NCBI GenBank assembly: GCA_004764695.1
Contig: SMSO01000032.1
Location: 6,046,483-6,110,482 of the forward strand
Direction: 5' to 3'
From: Schizochytrium sp. TIO01
Taxonomy: Eukaryota > Protista > Bigyra: Labyrinthulomycetes
Length of the DNA stretch: 64,000 nt
This document shows positions 22,485 to 33,500 of the stretch, in pieces. Position numbers and translations under genes: made by a program. Numbering within the stretch: position 1 is the first letter of the stretch; every line of letters starts with the position of its first letter. The notes below the pieces were generated by a model. It did not search any database and was not told the origin of the DNA. It saw only the letters and a program-made list of their open reading frames with translations.

Positions 22485-22580
22485 ATCGATCGATGATTCG
22501 ATGATTCGATCATTCGATCATCAATCAATCTATCAATCAATCAATCAATCATTCGATCGATGAGGCAATCTGATCAATCA
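22485..22580. repeat. Mixed (ATCG/ATCA/ATTC)n low-complexity tract
   Basis: atcgatcgatgattcgatgattcgatcattcgatcatcaatcaatc...; a similar tract lies at about 50745-50787. Confidence 0.8.
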
Positions 22581-23716
22581 CAGTCAGGTCGTGCTTAGCG
22601 TGGATGGGATCAACAGCGCCAGAGGAGAGACATTTGCTACGTTGGAGGCACCTGGAAAGGGCCTCCTTCTTCATGGACGAAGGCTCGACATCGTGGATCG
22701 TAAACGATGATGGAGAATGAGCTGCGAAATGCTGCAAGGGAGGGATTCTTGGGCATGGTCTTGGCAGGCGAGTGGAACTCGAAGTGCTGTCTGTTGTTCT
22801 GTCTACAGGCAGCTTGCAGCTTTCTGGAGGTCCTGGAGTCTGGCCGATCCCAAGAAGAAGCCTTGTGATCTCGAAATGGATGAGCAGAAGATCGCAGCCA
22901 GCTAATGCCAACGATATATGCGCCGATGACGGCGACTGCTGTTGCTGTGGCTGTTGCCGTTGTTGCTGCTGTTGTTGCTTGTTCTGCTTCCGCGTTGTGC
23001 AAATTGTTTTGTTCTGGTCCGCTCAGGAACCCAAAGCCTGGCAGCTCATGGATGAGTGAAAACCTCGCATCGCTGTGGCAGCTCAACTCGTACCGGGCTG
23101 TTGGCCTTTCAAAGAAAAGCTCAGCTGTCGCCAAGCTGTCGCGGATGCACGGAAGCACAGCGGGAGCTTGGAGCTGAGGTCGTGCAATGCAATGACGATG
23201 GTTCGGAATAGCAGTTGGCACCACGAATCCGACCCAAAGAGAAGTCGGTTCTCGCTCTGCTGTCTAGCTAGAGAGATAGGTACCTACCAGACAGACAGAC
23301 AGACAGAAATCAGTCGATTCGCAGGCACGTTTGTGAGGTTTGTTTGGGAAGACCACTCGTGTCTCGCTTGCAGCAAAACGCGGCCAACGGCAAGAACAGC
23401 AACGCCAAGCCACATTGAGCAATCTGCTAACATACACGCTCAGGTTGGACTTCAAGTGCACCTGAGGGAGGTTGCCTCAGTAGTTAGGGTGCTCTGAATG
23501 CTGATTTCTTTTCAACTTGAGTTAGTATTATTTTTATATTTTTATTTTTATTTTTATTTAATTTAACCTATGATAAATAAATGACTTTGATTATGATACG
23601 AAATCTTGGTAAACCTTTCATTATTTTTTACTTTTAACTTTGAAATAAAAACACTTTTTTTTTTTCTTTTTCTTTTTCTGGCTCTATAAAATTAATAATA
23701 CAAGACCAAAATAACG

Positions 23717-24240
23717 TTATATGTCATGCGCAGCTTTGCGAGCGTAGCTTCTTGCGAGCGTCTTCACGAGCGTCTGGTTGGGATAAAATGGAAAGAACTC
23801 CTTGGCTTGGCGATACAGTCGAATAACTCTGGGCCACCTGCTCGCAGACACCTGGTTTTCGTAGAACATATAAATCACGTTCATGATAATCTCATCGATT
23901 GATTCTATAGAGCGACGGGCTGACGTCATAAACAGCACTCCACGGAATCCAATTCGACAAAAGAAGCGCCACCAAAGTGGGATTTCAGGCAACATCGAAA
24001 AGGGATCTTTGCCATGAATCTCATATCATCGAGCAGACTTTTCATGCACAAAAAATACAACTGGTCGCTCTCAAAACGAACCACAACGAGTGCGAGGTGG
24101 ACATTCTCCTGCCGCAATTTATCAATCGTCTTCACGCACCTCCTTCACTCCCAAAAACATGGCTGCAATCCTGTTCAGCACAGCACCGAAATAGTTGTCC
24201 GAGTGCTCAAGACCCGCACAGTTTGTACGTGCTTGAGGAT
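23717..24240 (-). pseudogene. Probable frameshifted gene remnant of unknown family
   Basis: Three abutting protein-like segments in different minus-strand frames (LEHSDNYFGAVLNRIAAMFLGVKEV / KTIDKLRQENVHLALVVVRF...FMAKIPF / MLPEIPLWWRFF...KAAHDI*), followed by an AT-rich 3'-like region. Confidence 0.35.
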
Positions 24241-25108
24241 CCTACGCTCTCAAATTAAGTTTTCACCTCGGGAGACCATTGGAGCATCCCAATTTGACGG
24301 CGATAGCAGAGCAGTAGTACTGAAGTAGTAGGCAGGTAGTACTACCACTACTAATAATAGTACTAATACTGCTACTATAGCCGCAGAGGGAAATTATAAG
24401 GGCCTATAGACATCGGCCGCGTCGCTGCGGTTGCAGAGTATTAGACCACTTTGAACAGAGCCAACGACCACTGAAGGAAAGGAGAAGGACCCTGGCGCGA
24501 CAGACAGATCCATCACGATTTAGCGGCAAGACGCTGCGTTGAGAGGGGATCCTCCCGTACCCTTTCCCTCCCTCTCCCGCTAGGTGCCGGGTGACCTTAC
24601 TGGTGCGCCAGCTTTGGCTCAGCTGAAGTCGTTTATCTATCTATCTATCTGTATCTGTTGATCGATCAGTCAACCTTCATTCGAGGCTATCACTTCTCTC
24701 CTTATTCCATACGCTCCTTTTTTAGTAGGCACAGATCTGGCAATTTGGAGACAACAGGCGCAGGGGTTTTGGCACTCATCTCTGCAGGGTGATTGTGTCC
24801 CTGGTACAAATTTAGGTTGGGTTTCTGTGTCTTTAACAACGCCTGCAAAAGTCTAGCCAAGAAACGAAACTTGCTTCTTCAGCATCTTTAAGATCTACCT
24901 CAGCTTGAAATCCTAAAGTGCCAATTGGTTTAACCTTCTTAAAACAACCTCGTATTCGAAACAAGCATTCTGACTCATAATTGTCGGGTTGCATTGTGCC
25001 AAGTTTTGGATTGCATCGTAGCTTCGGAAGCTCCATCCTTTGATCTGGATCCGAGCAGTGTAAGGTCTCAGTATACTTCACAAAAACTAAAACAACAGAA
25101 AAATAACA

Positions 25109-28100
25109 ATGGCTGATAACCGTGAGCGCGAAGTCCCCCTCGTTGACTTCGAAGATGCCCGCTGGAAGTGGCGCTCGCGTCCTCTCCTTCGCAGAAGCGA
25201 AGGTTGGCGTGGCACGGAGCCTGAAGGTGATGTCTCTGGCACTGACTTTGATGAGGATGTCGTGGCGCACGGAGCTCAAGATCTCGGTGGATCGTTTTAC
25301 TTTGGAGGCTCTGGCTCGGAAAATTACAGTGAGGAGGACCGAAAGCTTAGTGAACGACGTGTAGTAGTATGGAGATCTCTGGCTCGCGAAAATAGCTTAG
25401 ATGTGCTAGATCTAGCAATGGATAGCCCGCTACAGGACTGCGCGGTGCGATTTCAGCTGCCCAAAAACAAGAGGCTAGTGGCTAGGGGTGGTGTGCAATG
25501 GCTGGAGAAGAGGGGCTTCATTGTGCTTTGTATCTGCTTTACAGATGGAGATGCAGTATCTCTCTTCTTTAGGAACCATCCTTTTACACCAGACGAGTCC
25601 CGACGATGCTTCGCACACAACTCCTTTCTCTCTGATAAAGGCGAAGGAAACCTTCTGAAGATGATGCATCATGCCAAGATTGGGTCCATTGGTGCCTGCT
25701 GCTGGTTCACTGACGCACATGGGCGCATCCACCTTGCTACTGGCTCGGGGACTGGTCGTTCCTTAACCACATCCTCCACTGAGCACTCAAGCAATACCGG
25801 ATCTGGAGTAGAAAATATTCCTGCAAATAACTCATCCAGTGGAGCCCCGCCCCCAATTACATGCACGGTGTTTCCTGACGATGTTAGTGATGAGCGAGTC
25901 GAGGCTTCAAGCTTTCAACTTACCGATACCTCGCTCACTCAGCGACTTTGGAGTGGAATTCTGAAGCGATCCACTGGTGGGGATTCAACTGCTAGCCGCG
26001 TTCGCGTTGTTCAACTTCGCTCGCTTCACCGTCAGCAATCTGAAAATGATGAAACCTTTCTTTTCGCAATTTATTCAGATGGCAAAGCACGCATCTGGTC
26101 CGTTTCCCAGCAGGCCTGTCGTAGTGAGGTGGACCTTTTGGCGTCAGTTAATATGGAATCTACAGACCGCGGAACAAATTTTAAAAAATCTACGCGTGGA
26201 AACGTTGAAGAGGCATGGATTGAAACCCGCCTTGGAAGTACTGAAGACACATTTGGTACCAAACGCAAATTAACACTCGCGGTCGCACTCCGCCTCTCCT
26301 CGGCGAAACCCCTCCTACTCGCGTTAGACGGTTGGCTTGCAATCAATAATATCAACCTTGAAACTGCTATCCGTCAACTTATTTCTACCGAAGAATACCA
26401 AAACTTACACGGGTTTAGAATGGTTGATTTCGCCATCGAACAAAACACGCACATTCGCTCTATCTGGTGGCGACCCATGAGCGGACAAAGCACGATGACT
26501 CTCAAACACACACTCAATAACTCAGCTGAGCGTTCTACAACTTCAGGTATGGATCGTATTATCCCGTATGACATTGACCGTCTAACGCTTCTTGATGCTG
26601 ATAAGGCACAATTTGAGCGGCAGCGTGATGTTATTTCTCCTGACGCTCTTGTAAAGTTGTGCGTGGCTCGTCTCAACCTGCCCGGTCGCTTCTCTACACT
26701 GGACATTTGCGAGGGCCTTACATCCTCATTTGGCACAAGTGCGGTACAAAAGCTCCAGGCAGAACGCTCCAGTGACGGAAGAATTTCCCGTGAATCGATT
26801 TTGGGACTAGCAGAGCGGCTCCTGCGAGTACAGATTTTTCAAACCATGGAGACCTCGACAGAAACATTTCTCTTGTGCGAGCGTCTTATTGACGACTGCG
26901 AACATGCCTGGCTGCAAGGCCACCGCCCTCTCAATCTTTGTACAATCGGAGCTCAACAAACATTGGTGGTTCGTCGCAGTGGTGCGTTTGCCTTTCGCAC
27001 CGCTGACTGGAGTGAAGTCGCCCTATTCAGCCTTGCTGCTGCGGACCGACGCATTGCAACCCTTGCCCGTGCTGCACAAAAACTCGCTCCTTTTATTGCA
27101 AGCTTGGAAGGACATATTTCGCAAGCTCGTACTCCCTTTGCTCTGCTCGAATTTTTAGAGAAGCGAATTCTTGCTGTTGATACCAACGAGCTTATTCCTG
27201 CCTGCATGGAACTTTGTTCGCAGTGGGAAGAGCCCGAGATCTTCTTCGAAAACCTCCAGTTTGTCATCACCAAGCTTGTGCCTCCGCCAGCTGCGGCAAG
27301 TGCTCGCAACGTTGACGACATAGAAACAACTAACACAACCACCTTGATTATGGAGATGCACCCGGAGTCTCAATGTTCAGCACTTCAGCAAGCTCTCGAT
27401 GCACGTTGTCGCCTTGCAACCGCCTGTCTCGTGTTTGGTTTGACAATGACTCAGGGCCTTTGCAGTCTGCCTCAATCACGAATCTTTTTCATGCATCCCT
27501 CGGCAGAGATTTTTGCTCCTCAAGCTGCCAAGTCATGCGTCTCATTGATGCTTGCTCAGCTTCTCGGTCGAGTTCGCCCATGCTCTGAAATACGTTCCAT
27601 GTACTGGCTTCGCCTTACTTTTGATGCTGACACGCAAATGGCAACCCCCCCGCGGTCTGTAGAAAACTCCACGTCTGTCCTTGCAATGTGGGTGGACCAG
27701 AAGATGCGAATGGGCCTCAAGATGAACCAGGCGGATACACTTGTCGCTCTTCTATGTGATATTGAAGGCGAAGTTCTTCCTTTTGTGGATCGTGAACAGC
27801 AATACGAGATTCTTGGAACTCTTGCTCATTTTGTACAGCAAACATGCTCGAGCTTTGTGGACAGTGATGACGAGCCAGAAGTCGTTTTCACGGGCTATAC
27901 CCGGTTTTACCATACCGCTGGTGATCGCGAGCGGTACACGAGCTTACTGCAAGCCAAAGCCAAGTTATGGTCCTCAACTCGTTCCAATGGACAGAATGCC
28001 CAAAGTCTCGGTTTTATAGCTGATGATTATGCTATGGGCTCAGCCGTAGAGCTCCTTCAGGCCGGCACCCCTGTAGATGACACGCAGCGTACATATGATT

Positions 28101-29530
28101 ACTGCATCATGGTCATGAAGCTCTTGGAGCATGCGCGTGATCCCCATCACGCGATTGAGTTTGCACTTCGAGCAATTAGAGCAAGCCAGGTCACTACGAG
28201 GGATCGTGGTGTTCTCTGTGCTCGGCTTTTTGCACTTGCTCTTGAACCTGATGTCAGGGACTACCAAACTGCACTTAGTGCGGCCCGCCTTTATCCACGA
28301 GTCGCTTATAGCAACCCGATGGATCAAAACAATCAAACAGAAGATGAAGGGGACAAATACATTGGCCAGCTGGTCTCTACTATGGTGGAACGCCGTGAAG
28401 TGCGCCTATTATGCGAGCTGCCGTTGCAGTGCTACAGTGAAGAAACTTGGAGGACTGTCGTTATACGCACTCTTGAACGCAAGACGCAGGAAGATACTGC
28501 TCTCCCGAAGACAAGAGGCGAATTGACCTCATTTCAAACACTGTTCACATTTTGTATCCACCACGCTCGTTACCATGAGGCCGCAAACTGCATGTTTGAC
28601 CTTTCACAAAGGCTACGGCAAATGGTGACGAGGCAACATGAAGACTGGTGGTGCTTGGAGCATGCACAAATGCTACAGGATGCGCTCACATCATGTCTGA
28701 TGGCACTTCGTTTGATTCCAGATGGCCATGGCACACTATTTTTTCAGTCTGGTGATGCCAAGTGCGAGACACTGGAGGTTGAGGATGTGGAGGGAGAGTT
28801 CTCTGTGGTGAGTGGAGCTACGCGTTTGCTTGCCGCTTGGAAGCATCGTAATCACTCCAGAAACAGAACTCGCCTTGATCCTGCCATGCTTGTTCCGGCT
28901 CTTCTGGACGCTGGTCTTGGCGATACTGCAACTGATCTCATTGTGCGCTTCAAAATGGATGCTACAGGCGTCATTCACTATTTAACGTTGAAGTGCCTCC
29001 ATGGGCAGCAACCTTGGAATGTGCTTCAGAAGCAGTTACTTATTCTGGATAAAATTCACATCAAAAATGCCAGTGAGTCCCATAGATCCGGAGTTACTGT
29101 CAACACATACCGCTACCACTTGGTCGTACTAAATACATTGTTGCAGGCCAGATCTGATATCGAAATTCCGCAGTGGTTACGTGCATCCTTCCGTTCGTGG
29201 GGTAACTTTACAAAGGGCATGAATTCTCCTGACGACAATGTTTTCTCCCGTCCTGCATCTAAAGAAGTTGCACGAGCCCCAGCAGAACTCCTCCGCACCC
29301 TCATTAAATTCCAGCGCTTGCAAGAAGCTTGCATCCTTGCAGCAGAGCTTGTTGAAGACGCTTCGTACCTAGGAGAAGAGACTTCGCCCATTTTTCTTCC
29401 AATCAAAACGTTGGACATTTTGATTACGCGTTGTCGGCAGCGCCCTGAACTACGTGATGATGTGGAACGCTTGACCAATTCTTTATCAGAGCTGGCAAGC
29501 CAGCCGTTCCTATTCACATCAGCATTCTAA
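25109..29530 (+). CDS. NUP160: Nuclear pore Y-complex protein Nup160/Nup120
   Basis: 1473 aa. N-terminal beta-propeller-like region (LTQRLWSG; FLFAIYSDGKARIWSV), alpha-solenoid (LFTFCIHHARYHEAANCMF), and typical C-terminus (IPQWL...PAELLRTLIKFQRLQEA...FLPIKTLDIL). Confidence 0.85.
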   Translation: MADNREREVPLVDFEDARWKWRSRPLLRRSEGWRGTEPEGDVSGTDFDEDVVAHGAQDLGGSFYFGGSGSENYSEEDRKLSERRVVVWRSLARENSLDVLDLAMDSPLQDCAVRFQLPKNKRLVARGGVQWLEKRGFIVLCICFTDGDAVSLFFRNHPFTPDESRRCFAHNSFLSDKGEGNLLKMMHHAKIGSIGACCWFTDAHGRIHLATGSGTGRSLTTSSTEHSSNTGSGVENIPANNSSSGAPPPITCTVFPDDVSDERVEASSFQLTDTSLTQRLWSGILKRSTGGDSTASRVRVVQLRSLHRQQSENDETFLFAIYSDGKARIWSVSQQACRSEVDLLASVNMESTDRGTNFKKSTRGNVEEAWIETRLGSTEDTFGTKRKLTLAVALRLSSAKPLLLALDGWLAINNINLETAIRQLISTEEYQNLHGFRMVDFAIEQNTHIRSIWWRPMSGQSTMTLKHTLNNSAERSTTSGMDRIIPYDIDRLTLLDADKAQFERQRDVISPDALVKLCVARLNLPGRFSTLDICEGLTSSFGTSAVQKLQAERSSDGRISRESILGLAERLLRVQIFQTMETSTETFLLCERLIDDCEHAWLQGHRPLNLCTIGAQQTLVVRRSGAFAFRTADWSEVALFSLAAADRRIATLARAAQKLAPFIASLEGHISQARTPFALLEFLEKRILAVDTNELIPACMELCSQWEEPEIFFENLQFVITKLVPPPAAASARNVDDIETTNTTTLIMEMHPESQCSALQQALDARCRLATACLVFGLTMTQGLCSLPQSRIFFMHPSAEIFAPQAAKSCVSLMLAQLLGRVRPCSEIRSMYWLRLTFDADTQMATPPRSVENSTSVLAMWVDQKMRMGLKMNQADTLVALLCDIEGEVLPFVDREQQYEILGTLAHFVQQTCSSFVDSDDEPEVVFTGYTRFYHTAGDRERYTSLLQAKAKLWSSTRSNGQNAQSLGFIADDYAMGSAVELLQAGTPVDDTQRTYDYCIMVMKLLEHARDPHHAIEFALRAIRASQVTTRDRGVLCARLFALALEPDVRDYQTALSAARLYPRVAYSNPMDQNNQTEDEGDKYIGQLVSTMVERREVRLLCELPLQCYSEETWRTVVIRTLERKTQEDTALPKTRGELTSFQTLFTFCIHHARYHEAANCMFDLSQRLRQMVTRQHEDWWCLEHAQMLQDALTSCLMALRLIPDGHGTLFFQSGDAKCETLEVEDVEGEFSVVSGATRLLAAWKHRNHSRNRTRLDPAMLVPALLDAGLGDTATDLIVRFKMDATGVIHYLTLKCLHGQQPWNVLQKQLLILDKIHIKNASESHRSGVTVNTYRYHLVVLNTLLQARSDIEIPQWLRASFRSWGNFTKGMNSPDDNVFSRPASKEVARAPAELLRTLIKFQRLQEACILAAELVEDASYLGEETSPIFLPIKTLDILITRCRQRPELRDDVERLTNSLSELASQPFLFTSAF

Positions 29531-30539
29531 ATTTTTTCCATTCGCTTTGCTGAGGGGACAAGAAATCCCACCACTAAAGAGAAAGGATAAAATTAAACAA
29601 ACAAAAGGAAAGAAAAGGAACTCCCGAAAGTGTCACGCATGAAGTGACGCTATCGCTAATACTTTCTTTTCAATATGATAGCCTTACCTTTCAAGCCATT
29701 AATTAACCTGAGATTTTAGAATACTGCTACTTCTAACACTCTTTCCATGTTGCCTTATTCTAGTTGTGTCTCATTTTCTTGCTATTTGAATTATTCCCAA
29801 TTGAGATTTCTTTAAACAGAGCAAACATCAATGCAAACATAAAGAATTGATTTCGAATCAAACCTTCAGGGTAATTTACTGTGCTTAGAATCCATGAACA
29901 AAGAACGACTATATTCCTGTAGGATGAAGGATAATGACGATAGCCTCATTTTCAAGTTTGCTGAGTTTCCTGTTTACAACGCTTTCTCTTCAAAGCTCTC
30001 CTGTCCGACACCTTCTGTCTATTGGACTGACATTATACATTCATTCTGCCTGTAACCAGACCCGAAACCTCAATAACTCAAATATCATCCTCTTTCTCTT
30101 TCTCTGAGTTTGCCATCCTTGTCAGACTACCTCTGCACGCTTCACAGTACAAGCTACTCTGCAATATATAAACTAATATATGTTTTTCCGAGTCCCTCGC
30201 CCTACTACCTAAAAGAAATTCCAATTGGTTCTGTGGGTTTAACTAATTTGCCAAAGAAAAGTTACGAGATGACGCCAAGACTTCCAGCGTCAAAAATATG
30301 ATCTTGTTTTTTAAGGACTTCAACTACTTCAAGCCACGAGACACTTTGTGCGAAGCAAAAATACACGAGCCGAGGGGAAGCTGGTAGAGCAGACAACAGT
30401 GTACCGTCTTCAGCCTTTGTCAAGATTGAAAATCATCAGTCTTATTGCGACGAATGAGAAGAGCATCTAATATGTCTATTTTAATATAGCAGCAAAGAAA
30501 ATAATCAGAATATCTCAAATTGAAGTTTTAGGCTTGTAG

Positions 30540-33500
30540 TTACTGTGGGATTTTATCGTTTGTCTCATTTAAAGAATTTATGTCCATATTTGGGAGAGCG
30601 ATTGGCTTGGATATGTGATCAAGTACGGCTTGCATAGTATTTGTTGCCTCTTGGCTACTTTTTGATTCGATATTTTTCAATGATATTATTGCTTGTTGCA
30701 GTTCTGCTGATTGGCTTCGTAGATTGTTTACATGCATTCCAACCTTTGTTAGGGCAGGCCCTCGGAGCTTATGAAGGCGCTCAAGGAGCCTACGGAATCT
30801 GTCAAATGATACTTGGTCATCTTTTACTAACTGGGAGATCTTTTGTTCGAATAACTTACTTATGCGCTTGAAGGCTTTTATAGTCAAATCTTCTGAAAAC
30901 GCATAGCTACCATCTTTCTTTAGACGAATTTCTCCATTGACAGTGATTACGTTCGCTCCTTCACACAGGGCTGTGTGGGCTTCTTCACAAAGTCCAGCGA
31001 TTTTTAGGATAAGCTGTGTCGTACCACAATTAAGGGAGTGCTGTTCTGTATGAGACGCAGCTTGTTTTACAGGTACCTGGCGTTTTACCTGAGGAAGTTC
31101 TGCATAGTATTCTTGAAGGCTCTGAATAGCATCCATACATGAAGTTGATGTCTCTTGGAAGTCTTTCTTGCGCTTCTCTAACCGTCGGAGCTCTGCAAGA
31201 CGTTCATCAAAGAGATCCAGCCTCTTGTTCTTCATTCGCTTGATTAGCTCATTAAGAGAAGCCTCTGCTTCTGTGAGCTCTTTTTGTACTTTTGCTAACT
31301 CCCCTTGCAAAACAACGTGCTGTATTTTACTTTCGTGACAGAGATCATAGGCTTTTTGGAGTCTTAAAGAAAGATCTTGTAATGTTTGGTCCTCGGAATA
31401 CGGGATCATAGTTTTGATCCTCATCTCTTCAAGAAAAAGAATGCCGACACTACCACGTGTTGCTCTGGGTTGGTTTGCATATGCCTTCCTCTCGAAAAGA
31501 ACTTCGCTTTTAGTACTGGATGTTGGATCCTTTTTCAATACTATGAGCTGTTGTTTTTCATTATCCCCTGTGCCAATAGCCTGTGAATCAGTTTGAGCAA
31601 TGCGTTGCTCCAAAGTTTCGTTTGGAATTGTCTCATCAGTGATGTTTTCCCCTTGTTGTTCCTTAGGAGTAATGGCTTGCTGGTTTTCAGTTTCAATATT
31701 TGACTCTTCTGAACGCGCCGCAGTAAATTCAACAATATTTGCCATTTGCGTTTCTTCAGGATGAGTGAAGCCTTCATTTCTTCCATCAGTAGTCTGCACT
31801 TGAGAAACCTCATCTAGTGACGAGGTAAACGGTTCGAAATGTCGCTGAAAGCGATTTTCGAATCCGAATGCACAACAAGGCTTTGAAAAGAAATTATCAC
31901 GTACGACGAGTGTTGTTGCATCTGCACAAGCTGGCGGTATACAAACCTCGTAAAATGATCTACTACTACATTGATCTTGTATCAATGCTTGCCAAGAGAC
32001 AGCAGAATGTACAGGTGCAGGATGTACAAGAGTTATTTCAATACAGTGAGAGACACGCCGAGCTAAGGCCTGCATAAACCTTATTATCGCCTCAGCTGCG
32101 TCTTCGAGGTGTTTTCCTGCACCCTGATCTTTACAATCACTCAAAGGTGAGGCAATTGCCACAACAATTCGCTCAATATCACCAGGTAGCCAATAAAGTA
32201 GTTCGTCAAGAGCGTGGCCAGTCTCAGAGCCGTTCGCAGCTCCTACCATAAAGGTGGTATCATTGATATACACTCCACGACCAACAGCAAAGGGAGCCAA
32301 GTAACTCTTGACTACACGCGCACATTCTGGTTGAAGATGATGATATGGTGGCTCTACTACCCAATTATTACATGATCGCAACATATTTTGTAAATGGGGA
32401 CGTGCGTAAACCCAATTGCGCATAGCAGCATGTGCCTCCTCTTCTGTGCTTAGCTGGCAGAGCTCCTCTAGTTGGGTCCAACCTCCAAGATGGACGATGT
32501 TTAATGTCTTTAAAAATTCGGGATGCACATCTGTGTGCTCACTTGTCTTCGAAGTCGCACTTTTCGTATTGTCGCGAGCTTTCAGCGAAGAAGCAAACGC
32601 TGAGCAGAGAAAAACTGAATCAAGGCTCCCAGGCTCGCTTGCTGCTCCATTTACAATACAGGAGTGCATGGATTTTAAACTTCCAGGTGTACATACCTCA
32701 GCTTCTCCTAAAATGTAGCCATCCCCTACCCTTACGTGCACTGCATAGGTTTGCTGGGGCATAAGATTATCAAAGATGAAGGAGTGCAGTAAATTAGTTT
32801 CTAGAGTATGCGTTTGTACAGCGAAAAGCACGGATTCGTAATTAGATAGCATGGTGAGTGATACGGATATAGAACATGGGCGGTCTATACTAAGAACAAT
32901 ATTTGCACTAGAAGAACTGATATGTGTAACGGCAGGGCCAAACAAAAGCGTGGGATATTTGACTTGGTGCAACTCGTCGGTGCGAAAATATCGCAAAGAT
33001 TGTACAGACTGTGATAGATGGTTTTGAGCCTCAAAAAAAAATGCTTCCTTCAGTGAAGTTGTTTCCAAGACAGGCGTTTGGCCAAGCTTTGACCATTCAT
33101 AATCTTGACACAGTACCACTTGCTCAAATACAGCATGCCCATGCTCATGAGCTTGGATGATTTTGCCCCAACCAGCGTCACAAGGTCGTCCTCCGAGGAC
33201 AATTATAAAAACCTCGCGCTGATAATGGCGCTGCGCACCCGTTAGAGGCGCTACTTGCCATTCAGCGAGTGCAAACAATATCTCTTCGTTTATGATCCTT
33301 TCATTACGTAAAGGCTCTTGGATACAGTGGCCTAACAGAGGTGCTTCTCTGTCCATAACAAAGAAAAGTTTGGAAGACCCAGTAGCATGCATTAACTTTT
33401 CCCGCAAATCGGCTGATAGTAGGTGGATCGCACCCTGGCTTGGGCGCACTAGCAACACAAGGTCACCACTAGAAAGCCAGAATTCTTGCAAAAGTTCTTC

